A stretch of 64,000 bases of DNA from Ranitomeya imitator (Eukaryota). Below are positions 22,137 through 33,400 of the stretch, piece by piece. The notes under the pieces are model-generated. The model had not been told where the DNA came from, ran no database searches, and saw only the letters and a program-made list of their open reading frames with translations. The stretch's first letter is position 1. Every line of letters starts with the position of its first letter. The stretch covers positions 187,674,001 to 187,738,000 of the forward strand of contig NC_091283.1 in NCBI RefSeq assembly GCF_032444005.1, given 5' to 3'. The position numbers and the translations under genes were made by a program.

Positions 22137-24060
22137 TTACAGACGCAGCGTTGGGGCTCAATTACTTCCTGCATTCCTGAAGAAGACCTGGCACCGGCAC
22201 CAGCACGATTTGCCGATTTATCCGAATTTTGCTGTATTTATTTTTTTCTTAGATTTATACAGTGGTCTTAAAATAGTTGCAAGTAATGAGTATCTGGGGG
22301 GATTTTTCTCTCCAGCTGGGGATTTTGTTTGAACTGAGAATTTTTAGAAACTACTTCAAAGTACCCAGCATTTTCTCCTTCAGCAGGGGAGATCTGGAGC
22401 TGTGACTGAAGATCCTGGGAATGATTTAATTACCAGATAAGAGATCCTGGACCCCATCTCTTATCTGCCTTGTCTGCAGCATTGCTCCCAGAGATCATGG
22501 TCTGCAGATTATAGGAGTTTTTAGCATATGGCTTTCAGATTGTAGCAGTCGGCCTCCTGTACTCCACAGTTTTCCCTAAAGAAGACATGATATGGTTTTG
22601 CAACTTTAGGGCTAAAACAGCAACTTTTTGGAATTTTAGGTTACAAGGTTATGCTGCAAGTAATCATTATGGTCCCATTGCAACAAAACAGTTTGCAGAA
22701 ATCCAAACTTTCTGTATTTCAGTGCGACCACAATCATTTTCATTTGTTGCGATTTTAGCAATTAGAAATTATCGAATTTTTTACATTTCAAATTTGCCTG
22801 CCTCGTTGATCTTTTCCCCACAAATTTTATTAATACATTTGCTGCAAACTGCTCCTAAAAGGTGTGGGTAACACTCTGAGGTCCTCTAGGACTGTATGTA
22901 TCCAACCCATTTCAAGCTCTTTAATGAAAACAGTCTCAGTAATATCAAAGTAACCTCCACATATTGCATACAGCTGTAGTAAAAGGGATATTATCATTAC
23001 TTCCCTGCTGTTTTTTTCTGAGTTATTTTGTTTTGATAAAATGATAACTGCAAGGGATTATGGGAAAGCCCGCCCAGCCGAGCCCCCAGTCATGTGAGCC
23101 TTCTCTGGCTCATGCAATCCTCTACATTGGGCATTTTTGCCTATTTTACAAATTTGGCGAAGTTACCAGAACCTACACTAATTCAATTCGCATTAAAACA
23201 ATTTGCTCATCCCTAATTGTGATCTCAAAGAGGTTTGAAGAAATTTTCTGAAATTTGTCAGTGCGCCAGAGTAATAAGATACACAGAACTCCCGTTTTGG
23301 ATCATCTCCAGTGATCCCTGCCAGTCCCGCACGTGATCACGTACATCACTTACCAATCACTGACCACCACAGTCATGTGTCGTACATGGTCCTATCATAA
23401 GAAGATCCTAGCAGTGTAGATGACACTTGGTAAGCCTGTGCCCAGGTAGAGATTTGGCCCAGAAACTACATCATGATCTCATGACCCAGATTATATTGCA
23501 GTAAAAGTCCTTTAATCCACCATCAATGACACATAATGGGTGGAGGATAACCAAATATTAATTCAGTCAATAGTGATAGAAAAGTGAAAAGAAACTCTAG
23601 AAAAAAAGACTATAACTCAACTTATTATAAAAATGAAACAGGTTAGTGAAAATCTAGAAATTATATAGATTTATTATGTAGATTTATTCATTTACATACT
23701 ATATCAAATGTATGCTAGCATTAAAAATGGTGGCATGTGGTATCATTGGTAATTAATTGGCGGCTTCGGGCAATGCTTTTTCACTGGGTCTCAATATGTC
23801 GACTTTTATCCTCTGTTCTCACCTCTTGAACCAAACCTATACGGCTATATATACAATGATTAGCTGTGGAAGGGGAGGACTAAGTGCTAACAAGCCACCC
23901 AGTATGGCTACAACCAATGCACTCAACCTAAACCAGCCAAACCTTACCCTACCTGCCAAATATCCTGATATTGCCGCACACTTTGGGGACATTCCCACAG
24001 GTGAATATAAAAGAACCTGGCACTTAACTTAAATGCGTGTGGCTTTAAAAATATATTGCG

Positions 24061-24111
24061 TAGTACCAACAAAACGTTTCGGTCTTATTCAACCTTCTTC
24101 AGTTACGTACT
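24061..24111 (-). ncRNA. Minimal type I hammerhead ribozyme motif (variant with extra A)
   Basis: Minus strand: AGTACGTAA-CTGAAGA-A-GGTT-GAATAA-GACC-GAAAC-GTT-TTGTTGGTACT. Palindromic AACGTT stem III, GUU triplet, bulged stem I. Confidence 0.55.
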
Positions 24112-24450
24112 TAGAGTAAAATTGCGTGTCGCTTTGTGCATATGTCCAGTGGGTATGGTTAGAGTCACTGGGGTACCGGTGCCCTGCTCATGGGGTGGGC
24201 TGAGAGCTGTTGCCGTCCGGAGCTTGTCAGTGCCGTGTCCACCGCTTGTCAGTGCATGTGCCGGAGTCCCACAGGTGAGGCTTAAATATCCCCATTGTGG
24301 ACTTTAAATAATTGCTGAGTATGCTTTAACTTCCAGCAATATGTCCATCATATGTACCCAAGCATTGTATTTTGGTATCAATCGAGACAAGAAGTATATC
24401 CAAATTTTGGTAAGTTCACACTATTGCCATGCTCACGCATCTGTCTTTTT

Positions 24451-27400
24451 CTAAACCTCCCGAATCTTCATTTCCACATGCTTGTATGAGTAGTTATGCC
24501 CTTTTCCAGTAAACCAGTTGATGCCATCCCCATAAGAAGTGTGTGCTCCTAGGTGGTATAATCCATTGAGGTTTGCCCCGTGACAGTTGCTATACCACCA
24601 GCCTCCTTTATAGAGTAGGGAACAACTACCCTCGTAAATGTCGTTGTCCTCATCTTTAGTACTAAACTTGATGTTGCTTAGACCTCCGATGGAATCTCCT
24701 GCAAAATTGTAAAGACGGACATGTCAAATATTAGAACGGCTTGTCATATACTAAACGATCATCTTTATAGAAGCAATGACCTACATAAAAGTGTGAGGAC
24801 TCCATAGCAAAGGTCAAAATGTCCCACCTGGCCTCAGGACAGAAGGGCTTTTCCTTCGCTTAGCGCATCACACCTACAGTACAATTTTCAACCCGCCAGT
24901 TTATTAATACTACAGTTCCTTTGGAAAGTCCAGTTTTACATGGAGTTAAACCAACTTTCAAAAAGGACATTTTGGCCAAATTGCTTCTCACCTGTGTTGA
25001 GGAGAGCCATAAGATCAAATACTTAATTAACCCCAAGACATAAGAGATTGAGAGAAGCGACCCATAACGTGTATTGTTTGATCTTACATAAGTTTTTTTA
25101 GATGAAAGTAAGACACTAAAGATGGCTGCCATTTCCTGTATCAGAGAGCCATTTGGCTGCCTGGCTGGTATCCAAGATGACGCCCACCCTGGTGACCTCA
25201 TGGATCCACCCACAGTGACGCCCACCTTGATGACCTCATGGACCAACCCACCCTGATGACCTCATGGATCCACCCATGGACTTGCTCATTGCCCAACCCA
25301 CTAACCAATGGAATGCATCCGATCACTCCCATTTTAGAGCTAACCGAGCCCCCTTACAGGGGATATATAAATCTGTGTCTTGCCTGAATAAAGTCTCTTT
25401 TTCCCTTGCAGCTGGGCCATAGATTGATCATGGAGAGTTTACATATGACTGTGTGTTGTTATATGTTTATTTCTTTGGTGCGCACCTGATCAATATCCAT
25501 TAGGCCAGGAGTAGGCAACTTAAGTGAAGTGAACATTTTATTAAATTGTTCAACCTAATAATTTAATATCCATTAGGCCAGGAGTAGGCAACTTAAGTGA
25601 AGTGAACATTTTATTAAATTGTTCAACCTAATACCTGCAGTTCCTTCCTTAAAGGCTCCAATTAATAACTCATATTTCTTAGATTCATCCAAAACTTTGA
25701 AGCTTGCATACTTGGCGAACACCTTTTTACCTTCAAAATCTTGTAGATCAATGCGTAATTCCCATGTTCCTTCATAGAGAAAGATAATTTAGAAACTGGA
25801 GGCTAATAACACAAAGCATTGAAGAATTTGTCCAATACCAAACCCATTCAGAAAACATAGAGGAGTCCATAAAAAGTGAACCATTCTAGGTAACGTTACC
25901 TGGAGCCGAGATCTGGTGTCTTCATAAGGATAGGAACCTATACTCAGGTCAGCTCATCTATTCCTGGTCTTATGACAGGAGGGGGTTGAAGGTGATATCT
26001 TTTGCTGCAATAGCTAAATTATTTGTATAGAATGCTTAGGCCTCCATAGTTTTTAGATGTGACCTACAAGAGGTGGTGAGGGATCTTCAGAATAGTGAGG
26101 TGGTTTTAAAATGAGTCCAACTTTGGCTGGATGTTGACCACCAAGACTCTTCTCTAACTTTTTTTACTTAAGGCCCCTTCACATTTAGCGACGCTGCAGC
26201 GATACCGACAACGATCCGAATCGCTGCAGCGTCGCTGTTTGGTCGCTGGAGAGCTGTCACACAGACCGCTCTCCAGCGACCAACGATGCCGGTAACCAGG
26301 GTAAACATCGGGTAACTAAGCGCAGGGCCGCGCTTAGTAACCCGATGTTTACCCTGGTTACCATGCTAAAAGTAAAAAAAAAACAAACAGTACATACTTA
26401 CCTACAGCCGTCTGTCCTCCAGCGCTGCGATCTGCTTCTCTGCTCTCCTCCTGTACTGTCTGTGAGCCGGAAAGCAGAGCGGTGACGTCACCGCTCTGCT
26501 TTCCGGCTCACAGCCAGTACAGGAGGAGTGCAGAGCACAGCGCTGGAGGACAGACGGCTGTAGGTAAGTATGTACTGTTTGTTTTTTTTTACTTTTAGCA
26601 TGGTAACCAGGGTAAACATCGGGTTACTAAGCGCGGCCCTGCGCTTAGTTACCCGATGTTTACCCTGGTTACCAGTGAAGACATCGCTGGATCGGTGTCA
26701 CACACGCCGATCCAGCGATGTCTCCAGGGAGTCCAGCGACGAAATAAAGTTCTGGACTTTATTCAGCGACCAACGATCTCCCAGCAGGGGCCTGATCGTT
26801 GGTCGCTGTCACACATAACGATTTCATTAACGATATCGTTGCTACGTCACAAATAGCAACGATATCGTTAACAATATCGTTATGTGTGAAGGTACCTTTA
26901 GAGTTTTTTTCTTAGATTCAGGGGCAGATGATAAATAAAACAAATAAAGAAAAACAAGGTCAACTAGTCCATGACAAACGATAATCAACCACTTAAGGTA
27001 CCGTCACATTTAGCAACGCTGCAGCGATCTAGACAACGATGCCGATCGCTGCAGTGTCGCTGTGTGGTCGCTGGAGAGCTGTCACACGGACAGCTCTCCA
27101 GCGACCAACGATGCCGAAGTCCCCAGGTAACCAGGGTAAACATCGGGTTACTAAGCGCATGACCGCGCTTAGTAACCCGATGTTTACCCTGGTTACCAGT
27201 GTAAATGTAAAAAAAAAAAAAAAAAACACTACATACTTACATTCCGGTGTCTGTCGCGTCCCCCGGCGTTCAGCTTCCCTGCACTGTGTAAGCGCCGGCC
27301 GTAAAGCAGAGCGGTGACGTCATCGCTGTGCTTTACGGCCAGCCGGCGCTCACAGTCAGTGCAGGGAAGCAGAACGCCGGGGGACGCGACAGACACCGGA

Positions 27401-30400
27401 ATGTAAGTATGTAGTGTTTTTTTTTTTTACATTTACACTGGTAACCAGGGTAAACATCGGGTTACTAAGCACGGCCCTGCGCTTAGTAACCCGATGTTTA
27501 CCCTGGTTACCAGTGAAGACATCGCTGAATTGGCGTCACACACGCCGATTCAGCGATGTCTGCGGGAGATCCAGCGACGAAATAAAGTTCTGGCCTTTCT
27601 GCTCCGACCAACGATGTCACAGCAGGATCCAGATCGCTGCTGCGTTTCAAACACAACGAGATCGCTATCCAGGACACTGCAACATCACGGATCGCTAGCG
27701 ATATCGTTGTTAAGTTGTTCAGTGTGAAGGTACCTTTATGGACCTTTTAACCTTGGATACACAGTATGAGTCGACAAATCAATAAGGAGATGATCCACAG
27801 GTTTCTCGTTACCTGTTGAGGTTACATGATGAATATTTTCATTCCCAAGCCAAAATTCATTCAGCCGACTTCCAAACCCTTTCTTATAAGCATCCCAGGT
27901 ACGGAAGAAGTCCACCGACCCATCCCAACGTCTTTGTATGACCTAAAGCAAGAAAAAGACCAGATTATTTGGCCAGGACTACTGTTTCCGGACATACAGT
28001 ACAGACAAAAAGTTTGGACACACCTTCTCATTTAAAGATTTTTCTGTACTTTCATAACTATGAAAATTGTACATTCAAACTGAAGGCAACAAAACTATGA
28101 ATTAACACATGTGGAATTATATACTTAATTTCAGTTGTTTCACACTTTTTTGTTATGTCTTATATTCTAGGTTCTTCAAAGTAGCCACCTTTTGCTTTGA
28201 TGATTGCTTTGCACACTCTTGGCATTCTCTTGATGAGTTTCAAGAGGTAGTCACCGGGAATGGTCTTCCAACAATCTTGAAGGAGTTCCCAGAGATGCTT
28301 AGCACTTGTTGGCCCTTTTGCCTTCACTCTGCGGTCCAGCTCACCCCAAACCATCTCGATTGGGTTCAGGTCTGGTGACTGTGGAGGCCAGGTCATCTGG
28401 CGTAGCACCCCATCACTCTCCTTCTTGGTCAAATAGCCCTTACACAGCCTGGAGGTGTTTTTGGGGTAATTGTCCTGTTGAAAAATAAATGATGGTCCAA
28501 CTAAACGCAAACCGGATGGAATAGCATGCCGCTGCTAGATGCTGTAGTAGCCATGCTGGTTCAGTGTGCCTTCAATTTTGAATAAATCCCCAACAGTGTC
28601 ACCAGCAAAGCACCCCCACACCATCATACCTCCTCCTCCATGCTTCACGGTGAGAACCAGGCATGTAGAGTCCATCCGTTCACCTTTTCTGCGTCGCACA
28701 AAGACACTGTGGTTGGAACCAAAGATCTGAAATTTGGACTCATCTGACCAAAGCACAGATTGCCACTGGTCTAATGTCCATTCCTTCTGTTCTTTAGCCC
28801 AAACAAGTCTCTTCTGCTTGTTGCCCTTAGCAGTGGTTTCCTAGCAGCTATTTTACCATGAAGGCCTGCTGCACAAAGTCTCCTCTTAACAGTTGTTGTA
28901 GAGATGTGTCTGCTGCTAGAACTCTGTGTGGCATTGACCTGGTCTCTAATCTGAGCTGCTGTTAACCTGCGATTTCTGAGGCTGGTGACTCGGATAAACT
29001 TATCCTCAGAAGCAGAGGTGACTCTTGGTCTTCCTTTCCAGGGGCAATCCTCATGTGAGCCAGTTTCTTTGTAGTGCTTGATGGTTTTTGCCACTGCACT
29101 TGGGGAAACTTTCAAAGTTTTCCCAATTTTTCGGACTGACTGACCTTCATTTCTTAAAGTGATGATGGCCACTCGTTTTTCTTTACTTAGCTGGTTATTT
29201 CTTGCCATAATACAAATTCTAACAGTCTATTCAGTAGGACTATCAGCTGTGTATCCACCAGACTTCTGCACAACACAACTGATGATCCCAACCCCATTTA
29301 TAAGGCAAGAAATCCCACTTATTAAACCTGACAGGGCACACCTGTGAAGTGAAAACCATTCCCGGTGACTACCTCTTGAAGCTCATCAAGAGAATGCCAA
29401 GAGTGTACAAAGCAGTCATCAAAACAAAAGGTGGCTACTTTAAAGAACCTAGAATATAAGACATAATTTCAGTTGTTTCACACTTTTTTGTTAAGTATAT
29501 AATTCCACATGTGTTAATTCATAGTTTTGATGCCTTCAGTGTGAATTTACAGTTTTCATAGTCATGAAAATACTGAAAAATCTTTAAATGAGAAGGTGTG
29601 TCCAAACTTTTGGTCTGTACTGTATAATAGATTATAATAGATCTAGTCAAGGCAATGTAGTCTACTAGAAGGCTATAATTTTTTTTTACAAACAAGGGTC
29701 CTTGCCCACCAAAAAGAAAATCTCCTATAGGAGAACTACAAAGGCGTCAATTGAGTGGAGTAAATTCAAGTTCTTGGGGCAAAACTTGTAACAGGGTCAC
29801 CACCTATTATTATTATTTATTTATATAGCACCATTGATTCCATGGTGCTGTACATGAGAATCATAAGCCATTTATTGTACTGTTGTCGTCTTATATGGCA
29901 GAGGGCCCTTTTGTTCCTTTTAGACATTAGGATCCATGTTTGACTGAGTCCTTAATAGCCCAATTAAAGGAGACGATACATTCGCAATGGATCTGGACTT
30001 TCCAGAAAAATCTTCTGATTGTGGCTTCCACTGACGCTGTAAATACTTACAATCCATCCCCCTTCATCTGTGTCCATATCACACAGGACCTTCAGAGGCT
30101 GGCTGCCATCTGGGTATATCGTGTACCAGTCACTGAACACTGACCCCTGATTGTGTACTTCTTTGCAGCTCCTGGCAGCTATGAGACATATAAATACAAA
30201 TTAATTCAAAGGTGTCTAGTAAAATCACATTCAAACACCCCTTTAGGGCATTTTGAGTGATGGAAGTGCTGAATGTAAGTCCGCAAGGACAGGGTCCTCT
30301 CCCCTCTGTACCAGTCTGTTATTGTAAATTTGTTTACTGTAGAAGATATCTATAACTCTGTATGTAACCCCTTTCTCATGTACAGCACCAAGGAATTCAT

Positions 30401-33400
30401 GGTGCTATATAAATAAATAATAATAATAATAATAATAAAGTTAACTATGAATCATTATCTGTTGGTCTAAATGGAGAACAGTTATAAAGTGCACTCAGGA
30501 GGACCCTGCGAGTCCATGCACATAAGCAACCATGAGTTTTCTGGGACATGTGTAATACTTCATTTTCCCTGCGGGTGTGCTGTAGAGGAACTGCACACTT
30601 GCTGAGAGGTTCCATCACAAATTGCAAGTGATAAACCTAAAACAGACAATCCTTTTTAGTCTTATGAAAGACTAAGGATAGACATATCCACTGGCGAGGG
30701 TAGCTTGCCTGTTACTAAAACCTCTCAAAGACTATATTTTAGAATTTTCTTTTTCTTCTTGATGCAAGTTGATTAATTGTTTAATTTGAGGACTAGCATT
30801 TTGGAAATTACAGACTTTGGACTGATGGGGGAGAGTAGAAGTTCAGTTCTCGTTGAGACATCTAACTTACCGTATACTGGCTCACTGATCCCACTTTCTC
30901 CTTTCTCTCCTATAAGAAAAATATATATCAGGGCAGTTGTCACTTCATCCCCCACAGGGCCCATTTTCCAGAGCATAAAATATACTTTTCCTAAACTTGT
31001 TGTAGACTGTCTAGAGGATTGACATGTACATGTTTACATGATTTTTCAAGACCTACTACAACATTGCCCAAACGTTACCTATGTATTGAAATATCAAAGC
31101 CTCTTGTTCCATTGCTACACAACACTCTTCCTTCCTCTTTTTGTGATTGTGTCCATGATATTGCCTTCTACAGCAGCCGTATCAGCAGCTATGGGGTCAT
31201 CATTTTGTCAAAGAATTGCCCAGGCTTCATAGATATGCTGTTTCTTTGCTTTTTCCTTCTCATTTTTTTTCCTGGTGGCTCATTTTGTAATGCATCATGT
31301 ACTCAACGTAGCCATGTGCTGATGCTGTATGGTGTACTCAACAGAGCCATGTGCTGATGCTGTATGATGTACTCAACAGAGTCATGTGCTGATGCTGTAT
31401 GATGTACTCAACAGAGCCATGTGCTGATGCCGTATGGTGTACTCAACAGAGCCATGTGCTGATGCCGTATGGTGTACTCAACATAGCCATGTGCTGATGC
31501 TGTATGATGTACTCAACAGAGCCATGTGCTGATGCTGTATGATGTACTCAACAGAGCCATGTGCTGATGCTGTATGATGTACTCAACAGAGCCATGTGCT
31601 GATGCTGTATGGTGTACTCAACAGAGCCATGTGCTGATGCTGTATGATGTACTCAACAGAGCCATGTGCTGATGCCGTATGGTGTACTCAACAGAGCCAT
31701 GTGCTGATGCCGTATGGTGTACTCAACAGAGCCATGTGCTGATGCCGTATGGTGTACTCAACAGAGCCATGTGCTGATGCCGTATGATGTACTCAACAGA
31801 GCCATGTGCTGATGCCGTATGATGTACTCAACAGAGCCATGTGCTGATGCCGTATGATGTACTCAACAGAGCCATGTGCTGATGCCGTATGGTGTACTCA
31901 ACAGAGCCATGTGCTGATGCTGTATGATGTACTCAACAGAGCCATGTGCTGATGCTGTATGGTGTACTCAACAGAGCCATGTGCTGATGCTGTATGGTGT
32001 ACTCAACAGAGCCATGTGCTGATGCTGTATGGTGTACTCAACAGAGCCATGTGCTGATGCTGTATGATGTACTCAACAGAGCCATGTGCTGATGCTGTAT
32101 GATGTACTCAACAGAGCCATGTGCTGATGCTGTATGATGTACTCAACAGAGCCATGTGCTGATGCTGTATGGTGTACTCAACAGAGCCATGTGCTGATGC
32201 TGTATGATGTACTCAACAGAGCCATGTGCTGATGCTGTATGATGTACTCAACAGAGCCATGTGCTGATGCTGTATGATGTACTCAACAGAGCCATGTGCT
32301 GATGCTGTATGATGTACTCAACAGAGCCATGTGCTGATGCTGTATGGTGTACTCAACAGAGCCATGTGCTGATGCTGTATGATGTACTCAACAGAGCCAT
32401 GTGCTGATGCTGTATGATGTACTCAACAAAGCCATGTGCTGATGCTGTATGATGTACTCAACAGAGCCATGTGCTGATGCTGTATGATGTACTCAACAGA
32501 GCCATGTGCTGATACTGTATGATGTACTCAACAGAGCCATGTGCTGATGCTGTATGATGTACTCAACAGAGCCATGTGCTGATACTGTATGATGTACTCA
32601 ACAGAGCCATGTGCTGATGCTGTATGATGTACTCAACAGAGCCATGTGCTGATGCTGTATGATGTACTCAACAGAGCCATGTGCTGATGCTGTATGGTGT
32701 AATCAACAGAGCCATGTGCTGATGCTGTATGATGTACTCTACAGAGCCATGTGCTGATGCTGTATGATGTACTCAACAGAGCCATGTGCTGATACTGTAT
32801 GATGTACTCAACAGAGCCATGTGCTGATGCTGTATGATGTACTCTACAGAGCCATGTGCTGATGCTGTATGATGTACTCAACAAAGCCATGTGCTGATGC
32901 TGTATGATGTACTCAACAGAGCCATGTGCTGATGCTGTATGATGTACTCAACAGAGCCATGTGCTGATGCTGTATAGTGCCCAACGAGTACATGAGGACT
33001 ATTTCAGAACTGTAACCCCTCTTTGCGGACAACGTATAACAGATCAATACTGCATGGAAATCAGTCTCCAATGTCTCAATTTTTTTATGTTGGAAACTGA
33101 GATATGTGGAGATGCAGTGGAGTCCTCATAGTAAAGAGCTGCATCAGCTATCCATGAGCCACACCAAACAGCTATTCACATAGCCTTCTACAAAAATGCC
33201 ACATAATTTAGAACAAAGTGATCTGATGCTTAGGTAAAACCCCATTACCAAGATTGAGGATCCATGGTGAGAAGTTCTTAAAATTGAGCAGTGGAATTAA
33301 AATGTGACCCACGTCATGCTCTAAGTTACCGAAACAGGAAGGATTCTCTGAATTCCATATTGCATTACTCACACTTTTGTTCTTACAACTATCACAAGTT

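Noticed and set aside
22177-22200. CCTGAAGAAG, possible hammerhead 5' core
   Set aside because: No closing stem II or GAAA follows; at most a truncated remnant.
1-24000. Additional ficolin exons or pseudogene fragments
   Set aside because: I found no Gly-X-Y exon or fibrinogen-domain motifs (QRR.DGS, EFWLG, GWW) in this interval.
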